Notes: generated by a model from the sequence alone, not told the origin. A stretch of 64,000 bases of DNA from an uncultured Pseudomonadota bacterium (GCA_902785935.1 CADAAN010000006.1:4309-68308), one strand, 5' to 3'. Shown: positions 28,091-39,226, counted from the first letter of the stretch. Translations and numbers: made by a program.

Positions 28091-29188
28091 ATGGCAGACA
28101 TTAAAAAGATCGCGGTATGTGTCCTTATGACCATGGCCGCAACAACCATGAAAATTAACGCGCAAAATTTAAGCCAGCAGGTGGCATCAGACGGAGCACG
28201 CTCCATCGCCGCTCAGACCTTCAAAAAGGCTCAGGTATGGCGGACTGAAGAATTTCAGGTCTACGCCGACTGTAGCCTTACCGAACGGGAAGCCACGCTT
28301 CCGACCGGAGAGATTGTCAAAGTGAAAATCGACAAGTCGGAACGGGTTTACGGGCCGATGCAGTCGGTCGCCAAAGACGGATTTTCCGTCGCCGTGGGCG
28401 GAGGTTTGAACTACATGGCGCAAAGAGGTGCGCCTGAGTTCTTCAATAACTTCCAGCCGCAGGCCGGCATCAGCCTCCGTGCAGACGGAATTGGCTGGTG
28501 TAAAACGGAAACGCAGACCCGCGTTTATCGTGAGGTCTACGCTTATGCCGTTGGTGGAACCATCCTCATGGCAGTGATGCCGTGGGAATGGAAAGGCGAG
28601 ATGCCTGGCATCGTTTGGTTCGAAAGAACCAATGAGGGCTATTTCGTCTGGCTCACTCGCCCGAGCGGCCGTGAGGTGGTGGAAGGACAGATCCTTTACC
28701 GTGAGGTGGAGGAAGAGGTCCCCGTTATCACATCCCAGCATCGCCCCTTTGCGGCTGAGCTGGCTGTGAGTGGAAGCTTCCGCCGCTATGAGCCGGGTGC
28801 CGAGTCCGCTTCGAAAAACTATATCAGCTACAGCACCACGCTGTACCTGAAATATCGTTTGTTCGAGGACAAATGGCTCCGCCACCGCCTGAATCTTGTT
28901 GGTTCCGCGGGTTATCAATTCTGCAAGGATGACACCAATGTCGTCCTTGACAAGGAATATCCCATGTACTACATGGGAAGTGGAATAACCTTCGGGGGCG
29001 GGCTGGAATATCGTTTCCAGTTCCCCGCCACCATCAACAAGGCGGGCAAAATTAATAAATTCATGGCAGGTTCTGCCTTGAATTTATACGTAGGAGCCCA
29101 GTCGGTGCCTATCGTGACCCCCGGCTACACAAGGCGGGAAGTCATGGTCATGACGACCCTTTCGTGGTCGTTCGGAATGTTCCGTTAA
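28091..29188 (+). CDS. putative outer-membrane beta-barrel protein on an abruptly GC-rich (~55%) insert
   Basis: Signal peptide MADIKKIAVCVLMTMAATTMKINA; alternating amphipathic strands, C-terminal ...SWSFGMFR; GC content sharply above flanks. Confidence 0.55.
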   Translation: MADIKKIAVCVLMTMAATTMKINAQNLSQQVASDGARSIAAQTFKKAQVWRTEEFQVYADCSLTEREATLPTGEIVKVKIDKSERVYGPMQSVAKDGFSVAVGGGLNYMAQRGAPEFFNNFQPQAGISLRADGIGWCKTETQTRVYREVYAYAVGGTILMAVMPWEWKGEMPGIVWFERTNEGYFVWLTRPSGREVVEGQILYREVEEEVPVITSQHRPFAAELAVSGSFRRYEPGAESASKNYISYSTTLYLKYRLFEDKWLRHRLNLVGSAGYQFCKDDTNVVLDKEYPMYYMGSGITFGGGLEYRFQFPATINKAGKINKFMAGSALNLYVGAQSVPIVTPGYTRREVMVMTTLSWSFGMFR

Positions 29189-29406
29189 TTTGCGCAAAAG
29201 TTAAAGCACTCCCCTTAAAAGGAGTGCTTTTTCTGTTTTAAAACTTAAAAAAGCAACCTGCCTGCTAAACCGGAGCATTGCTTTTTTTATATTATTTTTT
29301 ATAAAGGGGATAAATTATGAGAAAACGGATTTTGGTTTTAGGATTGATACGTATTAATAACGACCTTGCTTCTTAACTTTATCCGCACACAAAAAGAAAT
29401 TTTTGC

Positions 29407-30540
29407 CTAACGATATCGAATCGAGAAGGTGTTTGTTTTGCCCGCCACCTGATTCGCCTCATCGACGGTATAAATGCGCTTGCCCTCATAGCCGATAATC
29501 TTGCCATCTTCATAAATGGCCGTACTTCCATCGGCTAATTTTTTAGAGTATTTAACTGCCATAATGTCAGCAAAGTCATTCGGGTCAAGCCCTGCCGCCT
29601 CAATATTTCTTTGGCACTTAGCGACAGATCCGGCACACTGTATTTCTATGTTGCTTATATCAAGGTTATCGAAAGGAGAATAAATTCTGTCATAACTAAA
29701 AAATACTTCACAGCTATCCATTTCATATGTACAGCCGGCTTCTAAAGCTTTACTATAAAGTTGTGTATAATCTTCTTCGCTCATATGGCTACGGTTATTT
29801 TCTACATTTTCTAAGCTGTAAAAATCATCTTCTATCACATATCTGCTGAATGCAAAATTAAAATCATCTGATACTGTGATTCTTTCAAGATTTTTAATAC
29901 CCTTAAAAGCACCTTCATCAATATACTCAACCGAATCTGGCAATGTAAGGCTTATCAAACCTGACATACCCATAAAAGCATCTCTCTCTATATTTGTAAC
30001 CGAATCCGGAATAGTAAGATTAGTAACGTTTCTCATATACGCAAATGCAGTATCTTCAATATTTTTCAGTGAATTTGGTAAAGTTAAATTTGTAACAGCA
30101 GTAACATCATAAAATGCACCGCTACCGATATCTTCCACCGCATTACCGATTGTTAAATTTGTTACGTTAATCATATTACTAAAAGCACGATCACCAATAG
30201 AAACCACAGAATCTGAAATTTCAATGGATGTAGCATTTGTAGCTTCTCTAAAAGCATTATTTCCAATTGTCGTTATACCTTTTTCTACAACAACAGAGGT
30301 GATATCTTCGCGAATAGCATGCCATGGCATACTGTAATGATACCAACCAGAATAATTCTTATTTTCAAAATCATCCATAGCACCAGTGCCGGAAATAGTC
30401 AAAATACCGCTATCCGTATCCAAGCTCCAATAGCAATTCTCGCCGCATTTTTTGTAGCCGCTGTTTGTACCAATAATATCTGCTTTGACGCCTGAGGATA
30501 ACAAAATAAATCCCATCATCAGAATACATTTATTTTTCAT
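29407..30540 (-). CDS. secreted BspA-type LRR protein with conserved C-terminal tail
   Basis: Signal peptide MKNKCILMMGFILLSSGVKA; ~8 LRR_5 repeats (VTNLTIGNAVEDIGSGAF...); C-terminus KRIYTVDEANQVAGKTNTFSIRYR. Confidence 0.85.
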   Translation of the reverse strand: MKNKCILMMGFILLSSGVKADIIGTNSGYKKCGENCYWSLDTDSGILTISGTGAMDDFENKNYSGWYHYSMPWHAIREDITSVVVEKGITTIGNNAFREATNATSIEISDSVVSIGDRAFSNMINVTNLTIGNAVEDIGSGAFYDVTAVTNLTLPNSLKNIEDTAFAYMRNVTNLTIPDSVTNIERDAFMGMSGLISLTLPDSVEYIDEGAFKGIKNLERITVSDDFNFAFSRYVIEDDFYSLENVENNRSHMSEEDYTQLYSKALEAGCTYEMDSCEVFFSYDRIYSPFDNLDISNIEIQCAGSVAKCQRNIEAAGLDPNDFADIMAVKYSKKLADGSTAIYEDGKIIGYEGKRIYTVDEANQVAGKTNTFSIRYR

Positions 30541-30828
30541 AATTTTTTCCCTTTTAAAGATGTTAATATAAAAAAGTTTAACCGCGCCTTTTTAAGTGCG
30601 GCGGGGAGTGAAGAAATCATGTAAACCTAAATGACTCTTGCAACCTTTAGAATAACTCTTGTACATCCTTTGCAAGCTCCCCAACCAAAACTTTGGGGAT
30701 AATCGGCATTTTATACAAAAACACCTTCAAAACAAACAGTGTTATCCGTCACTGAGGTTTACAAAAGCTTCTTCAAAGCTCCGCACCCAATACATAGGCA
30801 CTAAATGATAAGATTTCTCCCATCACTT
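30541..30828 (-). promoter_or_regulatory. type-2 conserved 5' leader (long structured RNA ending in attenuator hairpin)
   Basis: ~85% identical to 41674..41952 and 61231..61513; promoter TTGACA-17-TCTAAT (30836..30864); 3' end forms ccccgccgcac-ttaaaaa-ggcgcgg hairpin + T-rich run ~40 nt before ATG. Confidence 0.7.
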
Positions 30829-30946
30829 AAGATTTATTAGAACACGTTTTGATTTAATTGTCAAATAAAAAAGCAAAATTTTATGTACTTTTACTTTTTT
30901 TTGAAGTATAGTAATGCCAGTTGAGGAAATATTTGGAAAAAAATAA

Positions 30947-32410
30947 ATGAATTTTATCAAAAAATATCCGTTTCAAATTTTTTTAAGCCTGCATTTTTTG
31001 CTTTGGAGCTTTTTACCCCTTTTGCGCAAAAGCCTGCCGATGGACAGTATTGAAGCTGTCGTGTGGGGGATGTATTGCGATTTCGGTACAAACAAACATC
31101 CGCCTTTATCGGGTTGGCTTGCCGATTTTGTTTATAACATCATCGGTTTTGAACAGCCCCTTGCCATTTATATGTTAAGTCAGCTTTGTGTGCTTTTGGG
31201 ATTTATTTATATTTATCGTTTGGCACGTGAATTTATCTCTAAAGAGCGTGCAACATTTGCCGTAATGGTGCTTGCCGGCGTGATTTATTATGGTTTCAGC
31301 GCGATTGAATATAATGTCAACGTGGTATCCTTGGCTTTGTGGCCGATGACGGCCTTTTACTTTTACAAGGCCTTAGATGAAGACAAGCTTACGGATTGGG
31401 TTTTAACGGGGCTTTTTGCGGGGCTTAATCTGTTCAATAAATACACAAGCGGTATTTTGCTTTTTTCTATGGGCGTGATGATGCTTTTTGATAAAAAAGC
31501 ACGCAAACATCTGACAAGCTATAAGCCTTATGTCTGTGCACTTGTATGTACAATAACGATTTTGCCGCATCTTTTGTGGCTTATTGATCATCAGTTTTTT
31601 TCGCTCGGCTATTTTATAGGCCGTGGCTCAAAGGGCGGATTTGACAACTTTCCGCTCTTAAAGCATATTGTTTATCCCATAAAATTTATCGGGGCGCAGT
31701 TGCTTTTCGGTCTTGGCGCATTTTTGGTTTATTTTACGGCATATTACAAGCAAAAACGCTTTGATGTGAAGGCAAACCGTTTTCAAAAAAACTTTTTATT
31801 TTTTCTGGGGTTGATGCCTGTTTTATTAATGACGCTGATAAGCTTTGTTTTCGGCTTAAAGCTCAAAAGCATGTGGGGATTTCCGTGTTATTATCTTGCG
31901 GGCGTAATGCTTTTTGTGTTTTTTCCATGCAAATTAACAAGCGTGTTTAAAAAAAGGATGTATATCGGCGTCTATGCGATGCTCTTTTTGCTCTTTTTTG
32001 CGCAGGGGTGTGTCATTTTGTTTAACAAAAGCGATAAATTTCACTTAAATCAGCAGGCCTACGGGCAAATGCTTGAAGATTTGTGGCACAAAAAATACGG
32101 CCGTTTTGATTTTGCTTATGTCGCAGGCGATGTTTGGTGGGCAGACAATGCCGCACTTTTTGCTCCATCAAGGCCAAAGCCGCTGATTTGGGGTGATATC
32201 AAACAAAATCCGTGGCTTGATGAACATGATATCAATGATAAAGGCGCCTTGGTTGTGACAAGTGACAAGTTTGAATATGATGATATCAAAAATAAGCTCA
32301 AATTTGTTTCAAAGCCTGAGATTTTGGAAATTGTGGTCACAAACAGACTTGGCAAAATCAAGAAAAAAACACTTTATTATGGTTTTTATAACGTTTACGG
32401 AGAAAGATAA
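30947..32410 (+). CDS. ArnT/PMT-family (GT39/GT83) membrane glycosyltransferase
   Basis: 487-aa polytopic membrane protein with N-terminal ArnT-like topology; sits beside an ArnC-like GT2 and a YdjC deacetylase. Confidence 0.6.
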   Translation: MNFIKKYPFQIFLSLHFLLWSFLPLLRKSLPMDSIEAVVWGMYCDFGTNKHPPLSGWLADFVYNIIGFEQPLAIYMLSQLCVLLGFIYIYRLAREFISKERATFAVMVLAGVIYYGFSAIEYNVNVVSLALWPMTAFYFYKALDEDKLTDWVLTGLFAGLNLFNKYTSGILLFSMGVMMLFDKKARKHLTSYKPYVCALVCTITILPHLLWLIDHQFFSLGYFIGRGSKGGFDNFPLLKHIVYPIKFIGAQLLFGLGAFLVYFTAYYKQKRFDVKANRFQKNFLFFLGLMPVLLMTLISFVFGLKLKSMWGFPCYYLAGVMLFVFFPCKLTSVFKKRMYIGVYAMLFLLFFAQGCVILFNKSDKFHLNQQAYGQMLEDLWHKKYGRFDFAYVAGDVWWADNAALFAPSRPKPLIWGDIKQNPWLDEHDINDKGALVVTSDKFEYDDIKNKLKFVSKPEILEIVVTNRLGKIKKKTLYYGFYNVYGER

Positions 32411-33364
32411 ATGAAAAAAGTCAGTATTGTAATTTCGGCTTATAACGAAGAAGGCAATATCGAAAAATTGTATCAGGAACTTGATAAAGAACTCAAAAAA
32501 ATCGAAAAGGTTGGCTTTGAGATTTTGTTTGTCAATGATGGTAGCAAAGACACTACATTTTTTAAAATACAAAATTTGGTCGATAAAGACAACCGCGTTA
32601 AAATGGTCAACTTAAAACGCAATTTCGGCCATGAAATTGCCATGACGGCCGGTATGGACTATGCCAAAGGCGATGCCGTGATTTTTATGGATGCCGATTT
32701 GCAACATCCTCCGCTTTATATCCCCGAGATGGTCAAAGCGTGGCAGGAAGGTTATGAAATTGTTTTGACAAAGCGGGTAGACAATGTTGCCACCTCACGA
32801 TTTTATAAATTCTGCGCCAAGACATTTTATTTTATCTTAAACCTGCTTTCTGAAACAAAAATTGGCGAAAGTATGCCCGATTTCAGATTAATTGATCGTA
32901 AATATGTCGATTTTTTAAAGGGTTTTAATGAGCAAGACAGGCTTTTCAGAGGATTGCTCAGTTGGATTATGCCCAATGACAAGGTCAAAATTATTGATTT
33001 TGTCGCACCCGAAAGATTTAGCGGTACAACAAAATATAATTTTTTCAAAAGCTTAAAACTTGCGATTGACAGCATTACACAATTTTCGGTCAGGCCGCTT
33101 CATTTAGCGACATACTTCGGTTTTTTAGGCGCAGCATGTTCTGTTTTGCTCGGACTGTATGTGATTTTTGAGCATTTTATCGAGCATAATCCGACCCCCG
33201 GATACGCTACGATTGTTTGCGTCGTCGGATTTGTCGGCGCGGTACAGCTCATCACACTCGGGATTATCGGTGAGTATATCGGCAAAATCCATATTGAAGT
33301 CAAAAAGCGCCCGCTCTATTTGGCTGATTTAATTGAACAAAAAGACAAGAACGATGACAAATAA
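32411..33364 (+). CDS. polyprenyl-phosphate glycosyltransferase, GT2 (ArnC/DPM1-like)
   Basis: VSIVISAYNEEGNI, NDGSKDTT, MDADLQHPP (DXD region), two C-terminal TM helices. Confidence 0.8.
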   Translation: MKKVSIVISAYNEEGNIEKLYQELDKELKKIEKVGFEILFVNDGSKDTTFFKIQNLVDKDNRVKMVNLKRNFGHEIAMTAGMDYAKGDAVIFMDADLQHPPLYIPEMVKAWQEGYEIVLTKRVDNVATSRFYKFCAKTFYFILNLLSETKIGESMPDFRLIDRKYVDFLKGFNEQDRLFRGLLSWIMPNDKVKIIDFVAPERFSGTTKYNFFKSLKLAIDSITQFSVRPLHLATYFGFLGAACSVLLGLYVIFEHFIEHNPTPGYATIVCVVGFVGAVQLITLGIIGEYIGKIHIEVKKRPLYLADLIEQKDKNDDK

Positions 33365-34628
33365 AGTGATTTTCAATGCCGATGATTTCGGTATTTCAAA
33401 AGGCGTCAATGCCGCGATTAAAAAAGCATATGATGAAGGCATATTAAATGCCGCAAGCTTGATGGTTGGCCAAAAATATGCAAAAGAGGCTGTTGAACTT
33501 TCCAAAGAGATGAAAGATTTAGACTTAGGCTTGCACGTCAATTTAACAAACGAATATCCTGTTTCAAAGGCTCAAAATTTATCTTTACTGACGGGCGAAG
33601 ACGGTAAATTTAAGAACGGATTTGTTAAGCTTTTATGGCTCTCGATTTTCAAGCCGAAAGCCTTGCGAGATGAAGTTTATGCTGAAACAGAGGCTCAAAT
33701 ATTAAAAGCTCAAGAAATGGGGGTTCGGCTCACGCACATTGACAGCCACCGCCATGTGCATATGATACCTCTAATTTTTAAGGTTATGCTTGAATTAAAA
33801 GAAAAATACCACATCAAGCGCATACGTGTTATCAATGAATGTGCCTTTTTGACAATGAAGACAAATGCCTCAAAGTCTTATCTTTTTGACGGCGGTTTGA
33901 TTAAGTATTGTCTTTTGCGTTTTTTTGCCGTACTGAACGGATATGCTTCAAAAACCTATTTTTATACCATGCTCTACACCTGCAAGCTTTCTCAAGAACA
34001 TTTCAAAAAAGTTTTGGTCCCCGCTTGTTTTGATGATGTTGAAGTTATGATTCATCCCTCCATCACGGATATTGACAAGCCTTGCAAAGAGGATATTTTT
34101 GATGAAAGTGTGATTTCGCCGTGGCGTGAGGCAGAATTGGCAACTTTGCTTGATAAATCACTTGTCAAAAATTTTGAATTTAATGCAAAATATCCCTATC
34201 TTTACAGGCTTTATTTCAAAGTCGAGCACTTGTGGTTTAAATTTGTTCCCGAAAAATTGCGTTATTTGCTTGTGGGCGGATTTAACACGGTATTTGCATA
34301 TTTGGTTTTTGTGCTTTTGCTTCAAATCCTAAAGATGCCGTATCTTTTGGCTTTAACCGTTCAATATTTTATCACGGTTAATGTTTCAATCGCAACGATG
34401 CGTTATTACGTCTTTCAAAGCAAGGGTGATATCATCAAAGAATTTATCAAAGCGTGGGGCGTATACATTGGTGTGTTTTTGCTCAATTCCGTCGGTCTGT
34501 CGTTTTTGGTTGAAGTATGCAAAATCGAACCTGTTTGGGCTCAGGCAATTTATCTGATTTTTTCAACGATTTTGACATATATTTTGCACAAATATTTTTC
34601 TTTTCACAAAAAAATTAAGCAAAAATAA
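33354..34628 (+). CDS. YdjC-family carbohydrate deacetylase fused to GtrA-like membrane domain
   Basis: N-terminus VIFNADDFGISKGVNAAI...HIDSHRHVH (YdjC motifs); C-terminal 4-TM GtrA-like module LRYLLVGGFNTVFAYLVFVLLL. Confidence 0.7.
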   Translation: MTNKVIFNADDFGISKGVNAAIKKAYDEGILNAASLMVGQKYAKEAVELSKEMKDLDLGLHVNLTNEYPVSKAQNLSLLTGEDGKFKNGFVKLLWLSIFKPKALRDEVYAETEAQILKAQEMGVRLTHIDSHRHVHMIPLIFKVMLELKEKYHIKRIRVINECAFLTMKTNASKSYLFDGGLIKYCLLRFFAVLNGYASKTYFYTMLYTCKLSQEHFKKVLVPACFDDVEVMIHPSITDIDKPCKEDIFDESVISPWREAELATLLDKSLVKNFEFNAKYPYLYRLYFKVEHLWFKFVPEKLRYLLVGGFNTVFAYLVFVLLLQILKMPYLLALTVQYFITVNVSIATMRYYVFQSKGDIIKEFIKAWGVYIGVFLLNSVGLSFLVEVCKIEPVWAQAIYLIFSTILTYILHKYFSFHKKIKQK

Positions 34629-34676
34629 AGAGTCATGTGCTTCAATAAAAGCCATAAAATTTGAGGATAAATTAAA

Positions 34677-35528
34677 ATGAAACCTATTGTGCCGATCGTC
34701 GGGATATCTAAAATCATAGCCCCTTATGATGTTGTGATAACGGGGTTCGACGGCGTTCTGACAAAAGGTGGTGATTTTTTTGAAGAATCTTTGGATGCCT
34801 TAAAAAAAATCAAGGCACTCGGCAAAGACATTGTTTTGCTTTCAAATACACCTTTAAGAATTTATGAGATTGTGGCGCGTTTTGAAGCGGCAGGTTTTGA
34901 TGTACGCAATTTTAAGGCCGTGATGACAGCCGGAGAAATGGCGCACTTCATGCTTAAATCTCAAAAAAGATTGAAGAATAACTATTACAATATCGGCGGA
35001 GCAGATGCTTCAGGGATATTTAAGGGGTTGAATTATCAAAAAGTATCTGATATCAATAAGGCGGATTTTGTTTTTATTGCTTATGCCGATCCGTCAAAAG
35101 AAGTTATTGAAGATTATGTGCCTCAATTGCAAGAAGCACTTGCGCTTAATCTTGAAATGTTTTGTGTCGGGACGGATGTCGCAAGGCATATCTCAGGACA
35201 AGTGGCCATCGGAGTCGGACACATTGCAGAACAATATGCAGCCATGGGCGGCAAAATCATAACTATCGGCAAAGCAGATCCAAAAGTCTTAAATTATATC
35301 CAGGAAACACTGTCACCCTCGCTAAAAAATATTTTATTCATCGGAGACAGCTTTACAAGTGATATGAAATGTGCTAGCATGATGAAAACGGATATGCTTT
35401 TTGTTTCAAAAGGTGTGCATATGTCGGCACTTGGTGAGGGATATATTCCTGATGTACAAAAAACACGCCTTCTTGCCATGAATCACGGAGTATATCCTGA
35501 TTATGTCATTTCATCACTGAGGTTTTAA
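34677..35528 (+). CDS. HAD-superfamily (class IIA-like) hydrolase
   Basis: DVVITGFDGVLTKGG (motif I DxDGVL), LLSNTP, C-terminal IGDSFTSD. Confidence 0.5.
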   Translation: MKPIVPIVGISKIIAPYDVVITGFDGVLTKGGDFFEESLDALKKIKALGKDIVLLSNTPLRIYEIVARFEAAGFDVRNFKAVMTAGEMAHFMLKSQKRLKNNYYNIGGADASGIFKGLNYQKVSDINKADFVFIAYADPSKEVIEDYVPQLQEALALNLEMFCVGTDVARHISGQVAIGVGHIAEQYAAMGGKIITIGKADPKVLNYIQETLSPSLKNILFIGDSFTSDMKCASMMKTDMLFVSKGVHMSALGEGYIPDVQKTRLLAMNHGVYPDYVISSLRF

Positions 35529-35538
35529 GGGATAAAAA

Positions 35539-36069
35539 ATGAAAAAATCCGTCATTTTATTTTTGAGTTTTTTATTTTTATTTCATATCCTTTCCATACG
35601 CTTAATTGATATCAAATTAAGGCGGGTATGTCCTATTGTTCCGACAAGTATTGAAGTGTCTCAAAATGAGGCTGACGTATTTTTGCAAAACTTTCAGGAA
35701 TATGTTGCACGTGGCTATGATAAAAAGATTCCTGAAGATTTTTCCTACGATGCGACGGATGTCACGGCAAGGCTTCCTTGGATTGTCAAAAAATGGTTTG
35801 AAAAAGGATGCATTAATCCCGAGCGTTTTTATTACATCGAACAGCGTCTTCGTACCGGCCTGAAAGCTTATGAGCTTAAAAAGCATGCGGATCATGTTGC
35901 CTCTGTTTTATCACAAAAAATAACAAAAAAGATGGACGCGGAACAAAAAAAGTGGTACAATGACATGATTGAAAACCAAAAGAAAATGTCAAAAATTGAG
36001 GGTATTTCAGATCAGGAATTTGATTATATCGCATCAAAAGAAGAAAAAATCAGAGCAATTTTGAGGTAA
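35539..36069 (+). CDS. hypothetical secreted protein
   Basis: ORF track; N-terminal hydrophobic signal. Confidence 0.4.
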   Translation: MKKSVILFLSFLFLFHILSIRLIDIKLRRVCPIVPTSIEVSQNEADVFLQNFQEYVARGYDKKIPEDFSYDATDVTARLPWIVKKWFEKGCINPERFYYIEQRLRTGLKAYELKKHADHVASVLSQKITKKMDAEQKKWYNDMIENQKKMSKIEGISDQEFDYIASKEEKIRAILR

Positions 36070-36072
36070 AAA

Positions 36073-36960
36073 ATGGATATCGTTCATCATATTTTGCACC
36101 ATGCCGTTCAAAACCGCCAAATTTCTCAAAAAGATGAGCTGGAAAGCTATTTTGAAAATATTTCTGCCGACGTTGAGGATTGGCCTTTTTTTGATGAAGA
36201 AAATCAAACAAATATCAATTATTTACAGGCCAAAGTCGGAACGGATCGATTTGGTTTTTCTTCAGAGCTTAACCTTGATGTGCAGGTCGATGGCAAAAAT
36301 GCGCAATACATCATATCTGAAAGAATTGCTTTAGACAGCAAAATTGAAGTAGAAATCGATTCCGTTTTCAAGAATAATCAAAAAGCTCAACTCAAAGATA
36401 ATTATGTTTATCAGCTTATTCAAAAGCATAAGCAATTTTTGAAGAATATTCTTGAAAAGAATAAAGATAGCATTACTGATGCTTTGATTAAGATTCATGC
36501 ACATTCCGGCGAAGTCAACGGCATTAAAACCCGCGGCGGATACGTTTGGGCAACTTATGGCTTTGATTTTCAAGATCCTTACCAGCTTTCTTTAGCAAAA
36601 AATGAATTTCAAAAATTTGCAAATGAGCATGGCGTTGAAATTGCGCCTAAAGATTTAAAATATTTTTGCCATCCCTGCCATTTTGCAGCGTTTCGAACCG
36701 CAAAGAAGGTCGGCGGAGAAGAGCTTGGTAAAGCATTTTTATTGCAACACGAATGGTTTGGAAAACTATCGGCTCCAAGCAAGAAGAAAAAAGATGAAAT
36801 GCGCGATTATGCACGCCTTTATCATACAAAAGGCAAAGAAGCCGCCGAAAAAGTACTTTCAAAATCTTTTTTGGCCGTACTCAACAAGTATAATCATCAA
36901 AAGTCTTCATTTGGCTTATTTCAAAAACTGTTTCAGGCAAAAAAAGCCATCAAGCGTTAA
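36073..36960 (+). CDS. hypothetical protein
   Basis: ORF track; no recognisable motifs. Confidence 0.4.
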   Translation: MDIVHHILHHAVQNRQISQKDELESYFENISADVEDWPFFDEENQTNINYLQAKVGTDRFGFSSELNLDVQVDGKNAQYIISERIALDSKIEVEIDSVFKNNQKAQLKDNYVYQLIQKHKQFLKNILEKNKDSITDALIKIHAHSGEVNGIKTRGGYVWATYGFDFQDPYQLSLAKNEFQKFANEHGVEIAPKDLKYFCHPCHFAAFRTAKKVGGEELGKAFLLQHEWFGKLSAPSKKKKDEMRDYARLYHTKGKEAAEKVLSKSFLAVLNKYNHQKSSFGLFQKLFQAKKAIKR

Positions 36961-37012
36961 TAAAATCATAACAAATATTTGTTAAAATTGCGCCATGTTT
37001 TATGACAATTAA

Positions 37013-38119
<1,107 letters not shown>

Positions 38120-38122
38120 TCA

Positions 38123-39226
38123 ATGGCCGGATTTTTTAAAAAACATCTCAAAAATTCTTCGGCGATGAAAAAAAACGCTCCGGCGCCGCATTATGCCGCC
38201 ATCGATTTGGGAACAAACTCTTGTCGTTTGGTGATTGCAACCCCGACCCCGACGTCTTTTCATGTCGTTGAAACTTTTTCGAAAATTACACGCTTGGGTG
38301 AAGGAATTATTAAGGACAATCAACTTTCAAAAGCGGCCATGCGTCGCACGGTCAATACATTAAAAGTCTGTCACAGCGTCATGAGTGAATATGCCCCGAT
38401 TGAAAGCTCGCGTTTTGTTGCAACGGCAGCCTGCAGACGCGCCAAAAATATTGATGAATTTTTAAATATGGTACATAAAGAAGCCGGCATCAATCTGGAA
38501 ATTATTTCACCTAAAGAAGAATCGCGGCTGGCAGTTGTCGGTTGTGTGCCGCTTTTAAACAGGAACATTAAACGCGCATTGATTTTTGATATCGGCGGCG
38601 GTTCGACGGAAATTTCGCTTGCACGCATTACCGAAGACGGCAAAACCTTTATTGAAGGGTATGTGTCTTTGCCTTATGGTGTCGTAACAATTTCAGAAGC
38701 TTTTCCAAATCAGGAAATGACAAGCCTTGCCTATAATACGATTATTGAGCGTACGCAAAATATCTTATCTGAATTTGATGCCAAACACCATATTTTTGAT
38801 GCGATTGAAAATCAAGAAATTCAGGTCATCGGCACATCAGGGACAGTCACGGTTTTGGGTGCGGTGCATTTGGGACTTTCAAGATATAACCGTTCTGCGG
38901 TTGACGGCCTGTCAATTTCAAGGGTGGATATCGAAAATGTCATCAACAAAATCAAAAATATGGGAGATGCCGGCCGGCGCAAGCATCGGTGCATCGGCCC
39001 GTCAAAAGCTGATTTGACAATTTCGGGTTGTGCAATCATTGAAGCTTTGATGACAAGCTTTCCGATATCAGAAATTACGATTGCCGACAGAGGCATCCGT
39101 GAAGGTATTTTGCTTGATATGATTCATAACAAAAAACATCACCAAAAGCCGTTTAAGAAACACTTTAGAAAATATCCGTATTTTAAGAGAAAGAAAAATA
39201 ATGAAAAAAAATATAGCGAGCATTGA
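38123..39226 (+). CDS. Ppx/GppA-family phosphatase
   Basis: AAIDLGTNSCRLVIA, FDIGGGSTEISL actin-like fold motifs; start may be internal ATG 38165. Confidence 0.7.
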   Translation: MAGFFKKHLKNSSAMKKNAPAPHYAAIDLGTNSCRLVIATPTPTSFHVVETFSKITRLGEGIIKDNQLSKAAMRRTVNTLKVCHSVMSEYAPIESSRFVATAACRRAKNIDEFLNMVHKEAGINLEIISPKEESRLAVVGCVPLLNRNIKRALIFDIGGGSTEISLARITEDGKTFIEGYVSLPYGVVTISEAFPNQEMTSLAYNTIIERTQNILSEFDAKHHIFDAIENQEIQVIGTSGTVTVLGAVHLGLSRYNRSAVDGLSISRVDIENVINKIKNMGDAGRRKHRCIGPSKADLTISGCAIIEALMTSFPISEITIADRGIREGILLDMIHNKKHHQKPFKKHFRKYPYFKRKKNNEKKYSEH

